From contig JAPKYM010000213.1 in assembly GCA_026394315.1 (NCBI GenBank), positions 1 through 43,254 of the forward strand: a DNA stretch of 43,254 nucleotides. The letters are read 5' to 3'. Shown piece by piece: positions 1 through 8,104 of this stretch. Under the pieces are notes generated by a model, which was not told the DNA's origin, made no database searches, and saw only the letters and a program-made list of their open reading frames with translations. How positions within the stretch are numbered: position 1 is the first letter of the stretch; every line of letters begins with the position of its first letter. Both the position numbers and the translations under genes were made by a program. This stretch comes from Candidatus Bathyarchaeota archaeon. GTDB taxonomy: Archaea; Thermoproteota; Bathyarchaeia; 40CM-2-53-6; RBG-13-38-9.

Positions 1-395
1 TCAGCCGCATATACAGCTAGGGCAGCCTTCATTGTGCCATGTACTCTAGTTCTCAGAGTGAGCATCCTTGTGTCTACACCCTCAATCGCTGGGACATTGG
101 ACTCACGTAGAAACTGATCAAGGTTCTTCTGACTTCGCCAATTGCTTGGCGCTTTGCACAAATTCTTAACGACGAAACCTCTCACTTGTATTCTGTTGCT
201 CTCATAGTCCTCGCTGCATACCCCATAGTTACCGATGAGGGGATAAGTCATCATGAGTATTTGGCCGGCATAGCTAGGATCCGTAAGCGCTTCGACATAT
301 CCCGTCATCGATGTGTTGAAGACAAGTTCGCCTTGAACCAAACCCTCTGAGCCGAATCCTAAACCTTCGACAACGGTACCATCTTCCAATGCCAA
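1..395 (-). CDS. carA: carbamoyl-phosphate synthase small (glutaminase) subunit, N-terminal ~131 codons; the 3' part runs off the window start
   Basis: Not in the ORF track (truncated, no ATG). My minus-strand translation in the frame of codon 393-395 gives [59 protein letters not shown]...DTRMLT. This matches the conserved CarA N-domain (E. coli [35 protein letters not shown]...DTR.LT). There is an in-frame stop at 447-449. The only plausible start is TTG at 393-395. Confidence 0.8.
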   Translation of the reverse strand, partial: MALEDGTVVEGLGFGSEGLVQGELVFNTSMTGYVEALTDPSYAGQILMMTYPLIGNYGVCSEDYESNRIQVRGFVVKNLCKAPSNWRSQKNLDQFLRESNVPAIEGVDTRMLTLRTRVHGTMKAALAVYAA

Positions 396-716
396 AGCGG
401 CCCTTAGTTGTTCACTCTGACTCCGTTCATTCTTTCCGAGGTTAATTCACTGCCACCTCTCTGACCAGGTTCATCCTATCTCCTCTTTGGGAGTTGGATG
501 AATTATTCTCTTGGAAAAGCTTAGCCATCACAGGTAATTTGTCGAAGAATTAAAAGGGTAACGGTCCAAGTCTTAGATACTCAAAGAACTCTGTCTGCTG
601 TAGACCGCCCCTTTTCAACACTAATACAATTCCAAGCCTTTGTTCCATCAAGATCTTCAAACTGGCCAAAAATACTGGAAAGCAATTGCCGTGAAGAGAC
701 ACGGCACGGGTCATCT

Positions 717-846
717 TGGCGCCGGGGGTGGGATTTGAACCCACGTGACCCGTAAGGGTCATCGGCTTTCTGCAGATCTTTAGCAAGCCGACGCCTTACC
801 TGGTTTCCCGATTCAGCGCGCGCTTGAATCTCTAGGCAACCCCGGC
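717..846 (-). tRNA. tRNA-Ser (anticodon GCU), class II long variable arm, two introns, CCA encoded
   Basis: The reverse complement folds by hand. Acceptor GCCGGGG/CCCCGGC, discriminator G, then CCA. D arm GCC-TAG[28-nt insert AGATTCAAGCGCGCGCTGAATCGGGAAA]CCAGGTAA-GGC. Anticodon stem TCGGC/GCCGA with loop TTGCTAA, interrupted by about 13 nt (AGATCTGCAGAAA) at or near position 37/38. Variable arm GACCC-TTAC-GGGTC. T arm GTGGG-TTCAAAT-CCCAC. The mature length would be about 86 nt plus CCA. Confidence 0.8.
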
Positions 847-969
847 ATCTGGCTTGATTAACGCAGAGACCTTTCCATTAAATGAGTCTTTCGTGCCTAC
901 AACTTCTGAATTGAAATCCGGTAGAAAAAGAACTTGCAATATAGGCTTGATAGGAACCTTGTCTACTGC

Positions 970-1407
970 CTAGCGTCGTGGCTTCTCTTTCTTTCCTGAA
1001 AGGAGCGCCTCGAGTGAAACATTGTTGACTTTAAAGACTATAAATCTAATGCCAGGGATATCCCCCATAGCTTTTCCTTGAGCGCCACCTATACCGCAGA
1101 CTTGAACCTCATCATGTTCGTCTATGAAGTTCAGGGCTCCGTCGCCAGGTGTGAATGCAGTTATTACTTTCCCATTCTTTATGAGCTGGACTCTTACGGC
1201 CTTTCTTACAGCACTGTTTGGTTGTCGGCATTCGATCCCCACCTTCTCCAGAACGATTCCTCTTGCCTGCGGTGCGCCCTGCAGAGGGTCAGCTTTGTAA
1301 TCCAGACCGAGCATTCTTCTCTTGTAAGATGCATATTTCCATCTCAGCCCCTTGCGTATTTGCTTGAGCTTTCGTCCAGCCAGAAGGCCCCTAGAAGTCT
1401 TTCCCAT
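970..1407 (-). CDS. rps12: 30S ribosomal protein uS12 (S12)
   Basis: 145-aa ORF containing ...[47 protein letters not shown]..., the universal S12 core. It lies downstream of the RNAP-L30e-NusA block, as in archaeal operons. Confidence 0.95.
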   Translation of the reverse strand: MGKTSRGLLAGRKLKQIRKGLRWKYASYKRRMLGLDYKADPLQGAPQARGIVLEKVGIECRQPNSAVRKAVRVQLIKNGKVITAFTPGDGALNFIDEHDEVQVCGIGGAQGKAMGDIPGIRFIVFKVNNVSLEALLSGKKEKPRR

Positions 1408-1458
1408 TTCTCAATCCCGGTTCTACTAGATGTCTTTGCAGCTCAATTCAAGTCTGGA

Positions 1459-1467
1459 TTATAAAAA
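1459..1467 (-). promoter_or_regulatory. TATA-like box (TTTTTATAA on the minus strand) about 55 nt upstream of the rps12 start
   Basis: AT-rich octamer in an otherwise mixed-composition spacer, at a position appropriate for an archaeal promoter. Pattern only. Confidence 0.35.
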
Positions 1468-1604
1468 CTGTTCTCCGAAGGCGGCCGGACAGATTTCTGG
1501 CGCGCGCTAGAAGGCTTCTGGTTTTGGATCGAAGAATCCAAATGGTATGAATTGCTTGGAATCTGAGGGATCGAGTTTGCGTGCGACTAGGTGTTCATAT
1601 TTGT

Positions 1605-2522
1605 TTATTTTGTCTTGCCTCTGATAGGTTTCTTCCGCTTGGAACGTATATGCAAAATCAGTATGACTCCGACGACTGCTGCTGAGACCAGAATTGCAGT
1701 CTGAATGATTAGAGTAGGATTTGTGTGATCCCCAACTTCAGGTGATTGCTTGGGACCGTCGTTAGCTGGAGGGGGGACCGTCGATGTGGGCTTTGGCGAT
1801 TGGGTGCTGGTCGAAGGCTCGGAAGTTGGGCTAGATGAAGCGGTTGGTGAAGCTGTGGTTATCGGCTTATACCAATCGACTCTTACTACGAGCTTAGGTT
1901 TCCGTTCGTCAGGCTGCAAAGCCTGTTTCGGATAGTATGAGGCAAGCTGATCTGACGCATTTATCTCGCTCTTGATCTTTATCATTGTGCCGTAGTTATT
2001 CGCGGTTCTCGAATGCCACATCTTCAAGTCACTGGTAATATCCCAACATACCCATGCCTCAATCGGCGTCGGCCTGATTATTGTCGTGGACGTCGGGGCC
2101 TTGACATAAGGTGGTTGTGTTCTCCAAGTCAGTTTGTGTTCATTCCAGTCGGACATAACCCTGTGGGTCTCAAACTCTTGGCTAGTCTTGGGTGGATCAT
2201 ACATGTAAAGACACATGTTTGCCGAGAGTATCTTTGCATCTTGTGGAATGGAGGTTATGTTGAACTTGATGTAAATTCTGGAGTTGCCGTAGAGCTTATA
2301 GGAGTCGTATTCAACGTACATGTTTCCCGCAAAGAGTGCCCATAGGTACCCGTGAGGTTCTTCGGGGTATTTTGTGTGTAGATACATACTATTGACAAAA
2401 GTATCTCCGACTGAAGGTTGAATCACAAGAGTTGATTCTAGAGCTCTGCAGTTAACTGTTTGAACAGTCAACAGAAGAATTCCTAGTATGATCAAGCTTG
2501 TATGTTGCGGTTTCAATTCCAA
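1605..2522 (-). CDS. secreted, C-terminally membrane-anchored surface protein with a DNRLRE-type domain
   Basis: N-terminal signal/TM segment (SLIILGILLLTV). The core carries ..ETHRVMSDWNEHKLTWRTQP.. and ..WDITSDLKMW..NNYG.., typical of DNRLRE-type (disaggregatase-related) domains. A Pro/Thr/Ser linker (TASPTASSSPTSEPSTSTQSPKPTS) follows, then a C-terminal TM helix and a KR-rich tail. Confidence 0.6.
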   Translation of the reverse strand: MELKPQHTSLIILGILLLTVQTVNCRALESTLVIQPSVGDTFVNSMYLHTKYPEEPHGYLWALFAGNMYVEYDSYKLYGNSRIYIKFNITSIPQDAKILSANMCLYMYDPPKTSQEFETHRVMSDWNEHKLTWRTQPPYVKAPTSTTIIRPTPIEAWVCWDITSDLKMWHSRTANNYGTMIKIKSEINASDQLASYYPKQALQPDERKPKLVVRVDWYKPITTASPTASSSPTSEPSTSTQSPKPTSTVPPPANDGPKQSPEVGDHTNPTLIIQTAILVSAAVVGVILILHIRSKRKKPIRGKTK

Positions 2523-2547
2523 TACCCAGATCCTAGGAATCGAACTC

Positions 2548-3459
2548 TCAGTGCATCTCTAACACTTTCTTGAGTGGGATTAGTATCTTGCCGAGCTTTC
2601 CACCATAGTTGCCGGCTGAGATCTTCTTTATTCCAGCAACTGTTGTTGCAGCTTCTATTCCAACTTTCATCGCTCTCTCAACTGACGTCAGGTTCAGTCC
2701 GTTAACGAAGACTTCATAGACACAGTTGACACCAGGAGGAATCTTGCTTTCTCCGACTCTTTCCTTGATTGATGGGCAGAAGGCGTCGTTTGTTGTTGCA
2801 ACGGCATTCTTGTACTTTTTTCCTCCAACCTTGGTTCCTGAGGCAGCTACACCCCCAGCACACGGATCGAATACATATGGCACCTCCCTAATTGCTTCGA
2901 CGGCAATTTCGGCAGCCATAAGTGCTGTTGCTTGCGACTCCCCTAAGATGAGGAAGTTGCCACCTGCGATGCCTCGTGCGACTCCGAACTTGGTCTCGAT
3001 ATAGCAGAAACCGTCCATTCTTGGGATCTTGTAGACAGCGCGCCCATCTCTCTCAACGATCTCTTCGTAGCCATCTCCAAAGATCTGTATAGGAGTATCT
3101 TTGACCTCAGCGTGGTATTGGGCCATCTCCTCGGGCATAGCATCGAAGGCAGATGCTGTAGGGGTTGGAAGCACTCCTTTTCTTATCCTAGCGATAAGCC
3201 AGTAGTTGAGTTCTTTCCTGTCTCTGTGTCCGGCGTCGAGAAGGTAGCCTGGTCTCTTGTCAGGTGATTCTTCAATGGAGATTTCACGCTCTATCCCGGC
3301 TTCCCCTGGTCCCAGCGTTGCTGAGACACCTAGACCCTTCGCTTCCAGTGCTGATGCAAGAGCCCACCTTCTTGTTGATGCTGTAATAATGAACCTTCCA
3401 ATATACATCGGAAAGGCTTCCGCAAAAGTATCTTCTATCTCAACATTGTTCAGCCTCAG
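2548..3459 (-). CDS. ftr: formylmethanofuran--tetrahydromethanopterin N-formyltransferase (Ftr); start probably a CTG upstream of the first ATG (3408)
   Basis: The 286-aa tracked ORF has the Ftr C-terminal signature ...KKISAGNYGGKLG. The conserved Ftr N-terminus (LNNVEIEDTFAEAF) is encoded in frame upstream of the tracked ATG, bounded by a stop at 3466-3468. The only start-like codons there are CTG 3457-3459 and CTG 3451-3453. Confidence 0.85.
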   Translation of the reverse strand: MRLNNVEIEDTFAEAFPMYIGRFIITASTRRWALASALEAKGLGVSATLGPGEAGIEREISIEESPDKRPGYLLDAGHRDRKELNYWLIARIRKGVLPTPTASAFDAMPEEMAQYHAEVKDTPIQIFGDGYEEIVERDGRAVYKIPRMDGFCYIETKFGVARGIAGGNFLILGESQATALMAAEIAVEAIREVPYVFDPCAGGVAASGTKVGGKKYKNAVATTNDAFCPSIKERVGESKIPPGVNCVYEVFVNGLNLTSVERAMKVGIEAATTVAGIKKISAGNYGGKLGKILIPLKKVLEMH

Positions 3460-3471
3460 ATCTTTTCACCT
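3457..3471 (-). promoter_or_regulatory. Shine-Dalgarno-like AGGTGA (3466-3471), 6-nt spacer, CTG candidate start (3457-3459) for ftr
   Basis: The minus strand reads ctaAGGTGAaaagatCTGaggctgaacaatgttgag. The spacing is ideal for translation initiation. Confidence 0.4.
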
Positions 3472-3539
3472 TAGGTTGGGCCCTCTTTGAGGGCACTGCT
3501 GTGAAGATATAATGGTTAGCTAAGAAAAAGACGATTCAT

Positions 3540-3977
3540 CTACGCTATTATTACATGGTCTATGTGGAAGTATCTCTTCGCGAGAAGTCTCGTCTTGTCT
3601 ATGGTCTTCCCGTTCTTTCCAATCGCGATGGCCTTATCTCGACTCTCCACCTCAACCACTGCAATCTTAGAGTCAGGTTTCTCAGTGATCCTCACGGTTC
3701 TAACCCGAGCTGGGGCCAATGAGTTGCGTATGAGCTGTTCAGGTTCATCAGCAGCCTCTACAACTTCAATCTGTCTACCAGTCATCCTCCTTAGAGTATC
3801 GATGTTTCTTCCAGCCTTGCCTATAGCTAGACCCATCTCTCCCTTTTTTGTGACGAGAATAACACGATCATTCTCTTCGTCTATCAAACAATCTTTTGAA
3901 GTTGCGCCTGTTATGCTCTCAAAGAGAGCTATGAGCCGCATCTCGTCCCCTTTGAGTCTAATCCTTTGTGACTGCAT
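3540..3977 (-). CDS. nusA: archaeal NusA-like transcription elongation/termination factor (two KH domains)
   Basis: 145 aa with ...LVTKKGEMGLAIGKAGRNIDTLRRMTGRQIEVV... and ...AIAIGKNGKTIDKTRLL... (GxxG KH motifs). It occupies the canonical position after rpl30e. Confidence 0.9.
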   Translation of the reverse strand: MQSQRIRLKGDEMRLIALFESITGATSKDCLIDEENDRVILVTKKGEMGLAIGKAGRNIDTLRRMTGRQIEVVEAADEPEQLIRNSLAPARVRTVRITEKPDSKIAVVEVESRDKAIAIGKNGKTIDKTRLLAKRYFHIDHVIIA

Positions 3978-4275
3978 CGTCCTTTTCAGCCAGTCTCAGT
4001 ATCTCTGAGTCCCCAGTTTCTCTAACTGTAATTGCGGCAACTATAAAGGGTTTCCCGCACAAAGTGCCGAGTTCCATACTCGTTCCCTCATAGATGTAGG
4101 TTGGCACTCCAGAGTTCTGAGCGTCCTTCACTATTTGCTCCTTGTCTGGGCAATTAGAAGCCAAGATTATCAGCCCGGCCCTTCCAAGCTTTGCAGCCGC
4201 AGATGCGTTTCGACTTCCAAGGTCTGTCTTTCCAGTCTTCAAGGTTATGGCGATCTGTTTACTGAAGTCTATCAT
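3958..4275 (-). CDS. rpl30e: 50S ribosomal protein eL30 (L30e)
   Basis: 105 aa with ...LKTGKTDLGSRN...LIILASNCP...ELGTLCGKPFIVAAITV..., matching the archaeal L30e pattern. Its ATG overlaps the rpoA stop (ATGA). Confidence 0.9.
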   Translation of the reverse strand: MIDFSKQIAITLKTGKTDLGSRNASAAAKLGRAGLIILASNCPDKEQIVKDAQNSGVPTYIYEGTSMELGTLCGKPFIVAAITVRETGDSEILRLAEKDDAVTKD

Positions 4276-7200
4276 TTGCTCGCCTCCTCCTCAGGCATGG
4301 ACATGTAGACATCTATTAGGCCAGTCCCCATTGGTATCTGGCGGCCCACTATGACGTTCTCAGCCACGCCTCTGAGCATATCTTTCGTGCCCTTGACCGA
4401 AGCGTCAACTATTGTCGGTATGGTTATCTCGAAGGCTGCCTTAGCCAGTGTAGAAGTTTTCTCTCCACTGATTCCATGCCTTCCAACTTGGAGTACCACG
4501 CCTGAGTTTGTCATCATATCAGCCACTAACATCACGTGCCTTATGTCAACATCGAGACCTTGCTCCTCCAATACTCCAATCGCCTCCTTCATTATTACAT
4601 TCCTTGCTGCCTCGATTCCCAAGACCCCTGCAACCTCATGGACATTATTAGAGACAGTTCTGGTTCTGTCGACCTTCGGTATCTCAAGAGCGTAACCTAG
4701 ACCAGAACCTTCAGTCCTTATGATCCATTCGCCCTTGTCCTCCAAGACCAATGCCTTTCTTACAGATGGGGCACCTTTGATTCTGAATTGTCTAAGACGT
4801 GTTGTGAACCTCTTGAACTGTGGTATCTCCATCTCCTTTGAGGTCACTTCAACATCATACCGGTCTATCTTGACTTGGCAGTTAGGTGGTTTAAGCGCGT
4901 CACGAACTTCTTGGAGAGTTATTCCTCTAATCTTCATAGTATTTGCGTTTAGTTTGGCCATGACCTTCATTCTACCCATGTCTGAAACTACGCTCTCACA
5001 GATATCCTCCAATGTGGTGTACGTAATGGCGTTGGCAACATCCTCTGCATATTCCCTCTTTGTGCGGTGTTTCTTGTCAAGGTATACAGTCATCGTAGGT
5101 GTTGAGGGGATCTTGCGAGCGTCAACTATCTCGATGAGTCTTGGAAGGCCTAATGTTACATTCTGTTCTTTGACCCCTGCGAAGTGGAATGTTCTCAAAG
5201 TCATTTGCGTTCCTGGTTCGCCTATCGATTGTGCTGATACTATTCCGGCGGCCTCTCCTGGTTCGATGAGTGCTCTGACATAACCCTCTATCGTTAGGTC
5301 TATGGCTTGATCCACGGCCTTACGTGTGAGCTTGGCTTCGCTGAGATGTCGCCTCAATTCGGCAACGAGACTTGGGTTGAGTTTGTCTGCAATTGAATTC
5401 ATCTTGGATTCGACGTACTTCTTGCTGGCAGGGGTGCCTTTCTCCGAGAACAATCTAACCCTGTCCACAAGACGCTCAGTGTTCACGGCTTTTCCGTGGT
5501 CGCTCTTGGCTGTATCGACACCATCCTCACCATACCTGAACTGGATTATGTTTCCAGTTGAGTCCCTTACAGTTCCATCATACTCAACCCTAAGGTGTTC
5601 CAACGCGTTGACCAAGCGTCTCTGCATGTAACCGCTTTGTTGAGTCCTGACGGCTGTGTCGACTAGCCCTTCCCTTCCACCGATAGCATGGAAGAAGAAT
5701 TCTATCGGGTTTAGGCCGTCTCTGTATGAAGAGTAAACGAAACCACGTGCCTCTGCTCCCGCGTCGTTAGGCTCAAAGAATGGGAGGGTTCTGTCACGAT
5801 AACCACGAAGAATCCTCTTGCCTCTAATCGATTGCTGACCAAGACAGGCGGTCATTTGACCAATATTCAACATCGACCCCCTAGCACCAGCCCTTGCCAT
5901 TATTATCCCGTTGTTATCTGCCGGGAAGTATTTGTCAGCGTACTCACCAGCGAGGTCTCTAACCTTTGAGAGTTCATTCATTATGTATATCTCCAGACTC
6001 TCATCGAGGGTCTGACCGGCCAGCCTATCAAGGGTTCCCTTCTTGTAGCTCTCAATGAGCTCATCGACTCTTTCCTCCGCCTTCTCTGTCGCTTTCCTAA
6101 TCTTATCCTTGACCTCTTCTGAGACTGCGAGTTCGTCAAAGCCATAGGTGAATCCTTTCAGCATTATGAATCGGTCAAGTAGCTTGGCTATGGAATTCAG
6201 GAATCCTCTTGCCGTTGTTGGTCCATAATCCTTTATTATCGTGTGGAAGAGGCTTTCTGATTTCTCAGCCCCTATTGAATTCTTGTCCACGACTCCCTGC
6301 TTCAACACACCGTCTTTGATCACGATGTAGGAGTCGTGCGGGCACTTCTCCTTCTTACAGACGGGACATTTGAAGACATTACACAGATTAGACTTCGAGG
6401 TGAAGTTCATACCCGCCGGTATGAAGAGGCTGAACACAGCCTTACCGGACCAGAGGGGATTGCTGCCTTTTACATCTGGAGGTGGAAGCTCCCCGGAGTA
6501 ACCTGCTGCAGTGACAAGTCTCCCAACCTGCTCTCTGGTAAGATAAGTTCCTTTGGCTGTCAGGAGAAAAGCTGAGCTTAGAAGATCTCTTATCGCTCCT
6601 ATTATCGGCCCTCCGTACCTTGGGGAGAGTATTTGGTCTTGAACCTGCATTAGTAACCTAGCTTCTGTCCGTGCCTCTTCACCCTGCGGTACGTGTAAGT
6701 TCATTTCATCTCCATCAAAGTCAGCGTTGTATGGCGGACAGACACAGGGATTGAGCCTGAATGTCTTGTGGGGTAGGACTCTGACTGAATGAGCCATAAT
6801 CGACATTCTGTGAAGTGAGGGTTGCCTGTTGAAGAGTACGATGTCACCATCTCTGATGTGTCTTTCAACAACGAAGGTGGGCTGTAAGCCTTCTGCGATG
6901 CTTTCCCTCTCAGGAACGAATTCGAGTCTTATTCTTCTACCGTCAGTCCGTACGATATACAGTGCTCCAGGATATTGATCTGGACCGTTCCTTATGAGCT
7001 GTCTCATCTCTTCAAGATTCCACTCAGTGACTTTCTCGGGGATGGTAAGTCGAGAAGCGAGCTCGATTGGGACTCCAACCTCGTTTATGTCCAAGTTCAG
7101 GTCTGGAGATATCACCGTCCTGGCTGAGAAATCAACGCGTTTACCAGAGAGATTCCCTCTGAACCTTCCTTCTTTGCCTTTTAGTCTTTGACATATTGTC

Positions 7201-8102
7201 TTGAGGGCTCTTCCGGATCTGTGTCTTGCAGGCGGTAAACCTGACACTTCGTTATCAAAATAGGTTGTGACATGATACTGCAGGAGCTCATGGAGCTCTT
7301 GAATTATGTTTATGGGCACACCGGACTCTAGAGCCTCGCCCAGCTTCTGATTTATTCTTATTATGTCAACGAGTTTGTGTGTCAAGTCGTCTTCGGATCT
7401 AATTCCTGACTCAAGGGTTATTGACGGTCTTACACTAACTGGTGGTACTGGGAGCACTTGGAGGATCATCCATTCCGGCCTTGCAGCTTGGGAATCTATC
7501 CCTAACAGTTTGAGGTCATCGTCAGAAATCCGCTCCAATCGTTCCCTTATTGCGCTCGGAGGGATCTTGGGCGCTCCACCCTCTACGGCCTCATGGAATG
7601 ACGTTGGCTTGACAAGTTCTATTGGGTACTGTTGAGTGCCACAATGAGGACATTCCATCGTCTTCTTTGCATGTTTGAGTATCTTCTTGTAGAGCGATTC
7701 TGGCACTGTGTTCAGTCGAGTCTTGACATCTTTTATCGTCTCTTCGTATTCCTTGATCTTGTCGTCTGAAAGCAAGATCCTGCCACAGTTTCTGCATATA
7801 ACCGATAGTAGACGATGAAGTAGCTTCACAAATGATACATGAATGACGGGTTCCGCAAGTTCTATGTGGCCGAAGTGTCCTGGACATGACATAGCGGTGT
7901 TGCCGCAGGTTCTGCACTTCTGTCTAGGCTCAAGAGTGCCTAACCGTCCGTCCATGAGGCCTGCTACTATTGGCACTCCATCTTCATCGTAAGTGTCCGC
8001 TGTCTGTATTTCTACTGTTGAGAGCTTCCTTATCTCATTAGGCGAGAGTAGGGAGAACTTTATACTGTCTACGATCTTATAGGTCTCTTCAGCGGCAGCC
8101 AT
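4272..8102 (-). CDS. rpoA: DNA-directed RNA polymerase subunit A, unsplit (A' and A'' parts in one 1276-codon ORF)
   Basis: The start is placed at ATG 8100-8102 (MAAAEETYKIVDSIKFSLLSPNEIRKLS), 3 nt after the rpoB stop. The tracked extension to 8231 overlaps rpoB. Contains the zinc motifs (CRTCGN..CPGHFGH), NADFDGDEMN, and the A'' hallmark EPGEAAGIVSAQSIGEPGTQMTLRTFHFAGV. No stop occurs at the usual A'/A'' junction (around 5400-5470). Confidence 0.95.
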   Translation of the reverse strand: MAAAEETYKIVDSIKFSLLSPNEIRKLSTVEIQTADTYDEDGVPIVAGLMDGRLGTLEPRQKCRTCGNTAMSCPGHFGHIELAEPVIHVSFVKLLHRLLSVICRNCGRILLSDDKIKEYEETIKDVKTRLNTVPESLYKKILKHAKKTMECPHCGTQQYPIELVKPTSFHEAVEGGAPKIPPSAIRERLERISDDDLKLLGIDSQAARPEWMILQVLPVPPVSVRPSITLESGIRSEDDLTHKLVDIIRINQKLGEALESGVPINIIQELHELLQYHVTTYFDNEVSGLPPARHRSGRALKTICQRLKGKEGRFRGNLSGKRVDFSARTVISPDLNLDINEVGVPIELASRLTIPEKVTEWNLEEMRQLIRNGPDQYPGALYIVRTDGRRIRLEFVPERESIAEGLQPTFVVERHIRDGDIVLFNRQPSLHRMSIMAHSVRVLPHKTFRLNPCVCPPYNADFDGDEMNLHVPQGEEARTEARLLMQVQDQILSPRYGGPIIGAIRDLLSSAFLLTAKGTYLTREQVGRLVTAAGYSGELPPPDVKGSNPLWSGKAVFSLFIPAGMNFTSKSNLCNVFKCPVCKKEKCPHDSYIVIKDGVLKQGVVDKNSIGAEKSESLFHTIIKDYGPTTARGFLNSIAKLLDRFIMLKGFTYGFDELAVSEEVKDKIRKATEKAEERVDELIESYKKGTLDRLAGQTLDESLEIYIMNELSKVRDLAGEYADKYFPADNNGIIMARAGARGSMLNIGQMTACLGQQSIRGKRILRGYRDRTLPFFEPNDAGAEARGFVYSSYRDGLNPIEFFFHAIGGREGLVDTAVRTQQSGYMQRRLVNALEHLRVEYDGTVRDSTGNIIQFRYGEDGVDTAKSDHGKAVNTERLVDRVRLFSEKGTPASKKYVESKMNSIADKLNPSLVAELRRHLSEAKLTRKAVDQAIDLTIEGYVRALIEPGEAAGIVSAQSIGEPGTQMTLRTFHFAGVKEQNVTLGLPRLIEIVDARKIPSTPTMTVYLDKKHRTKREYAEDVANAITYTTLEDICESVVSDMGRMKVMAKLNANTMKIRGITLQEVRDALKPPNCQVKIDRYDVEVTSKEMEIPQFKRFTTRLRQFRIKGAPSVRKALVLEDKGEWIIRTEGSGLGYALEIPKVDRTRTVSNNVHEVAGVLGIEAARNVIMKEAIGVLEEQGLDVDIRHVMLVADMMTNSGVVLQVGRHGISGEKTSTLAKAAFEITIPTIVDASVKGTKDMLRGVAENVIVGRQIPMGTGLIDVYMSMPEEEASK

Positions 8103-8104
8103 CC

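Noticed and set aside
550-786. 78-aa minus-strand ORF
   Set aside because: It overlaps the 3' half of the tRNA-Ser gene and its downstream hairpin and T-tract. The sequence is not protein-like.
1078-1464. Antisense ORFs inside highly conserved genes (for example 1078-1464, 3562-4008, 4351-5631, 8683-9104, 17434-18750, 27560-28108)
   Set aside because: Each lies opposite a confidently identified gene (rps12, nusA, rpoA, rpoB, cdhA, proC). Each has low-complexity Ser/Leu/Arg-rich translations typical of shadow ORFs.
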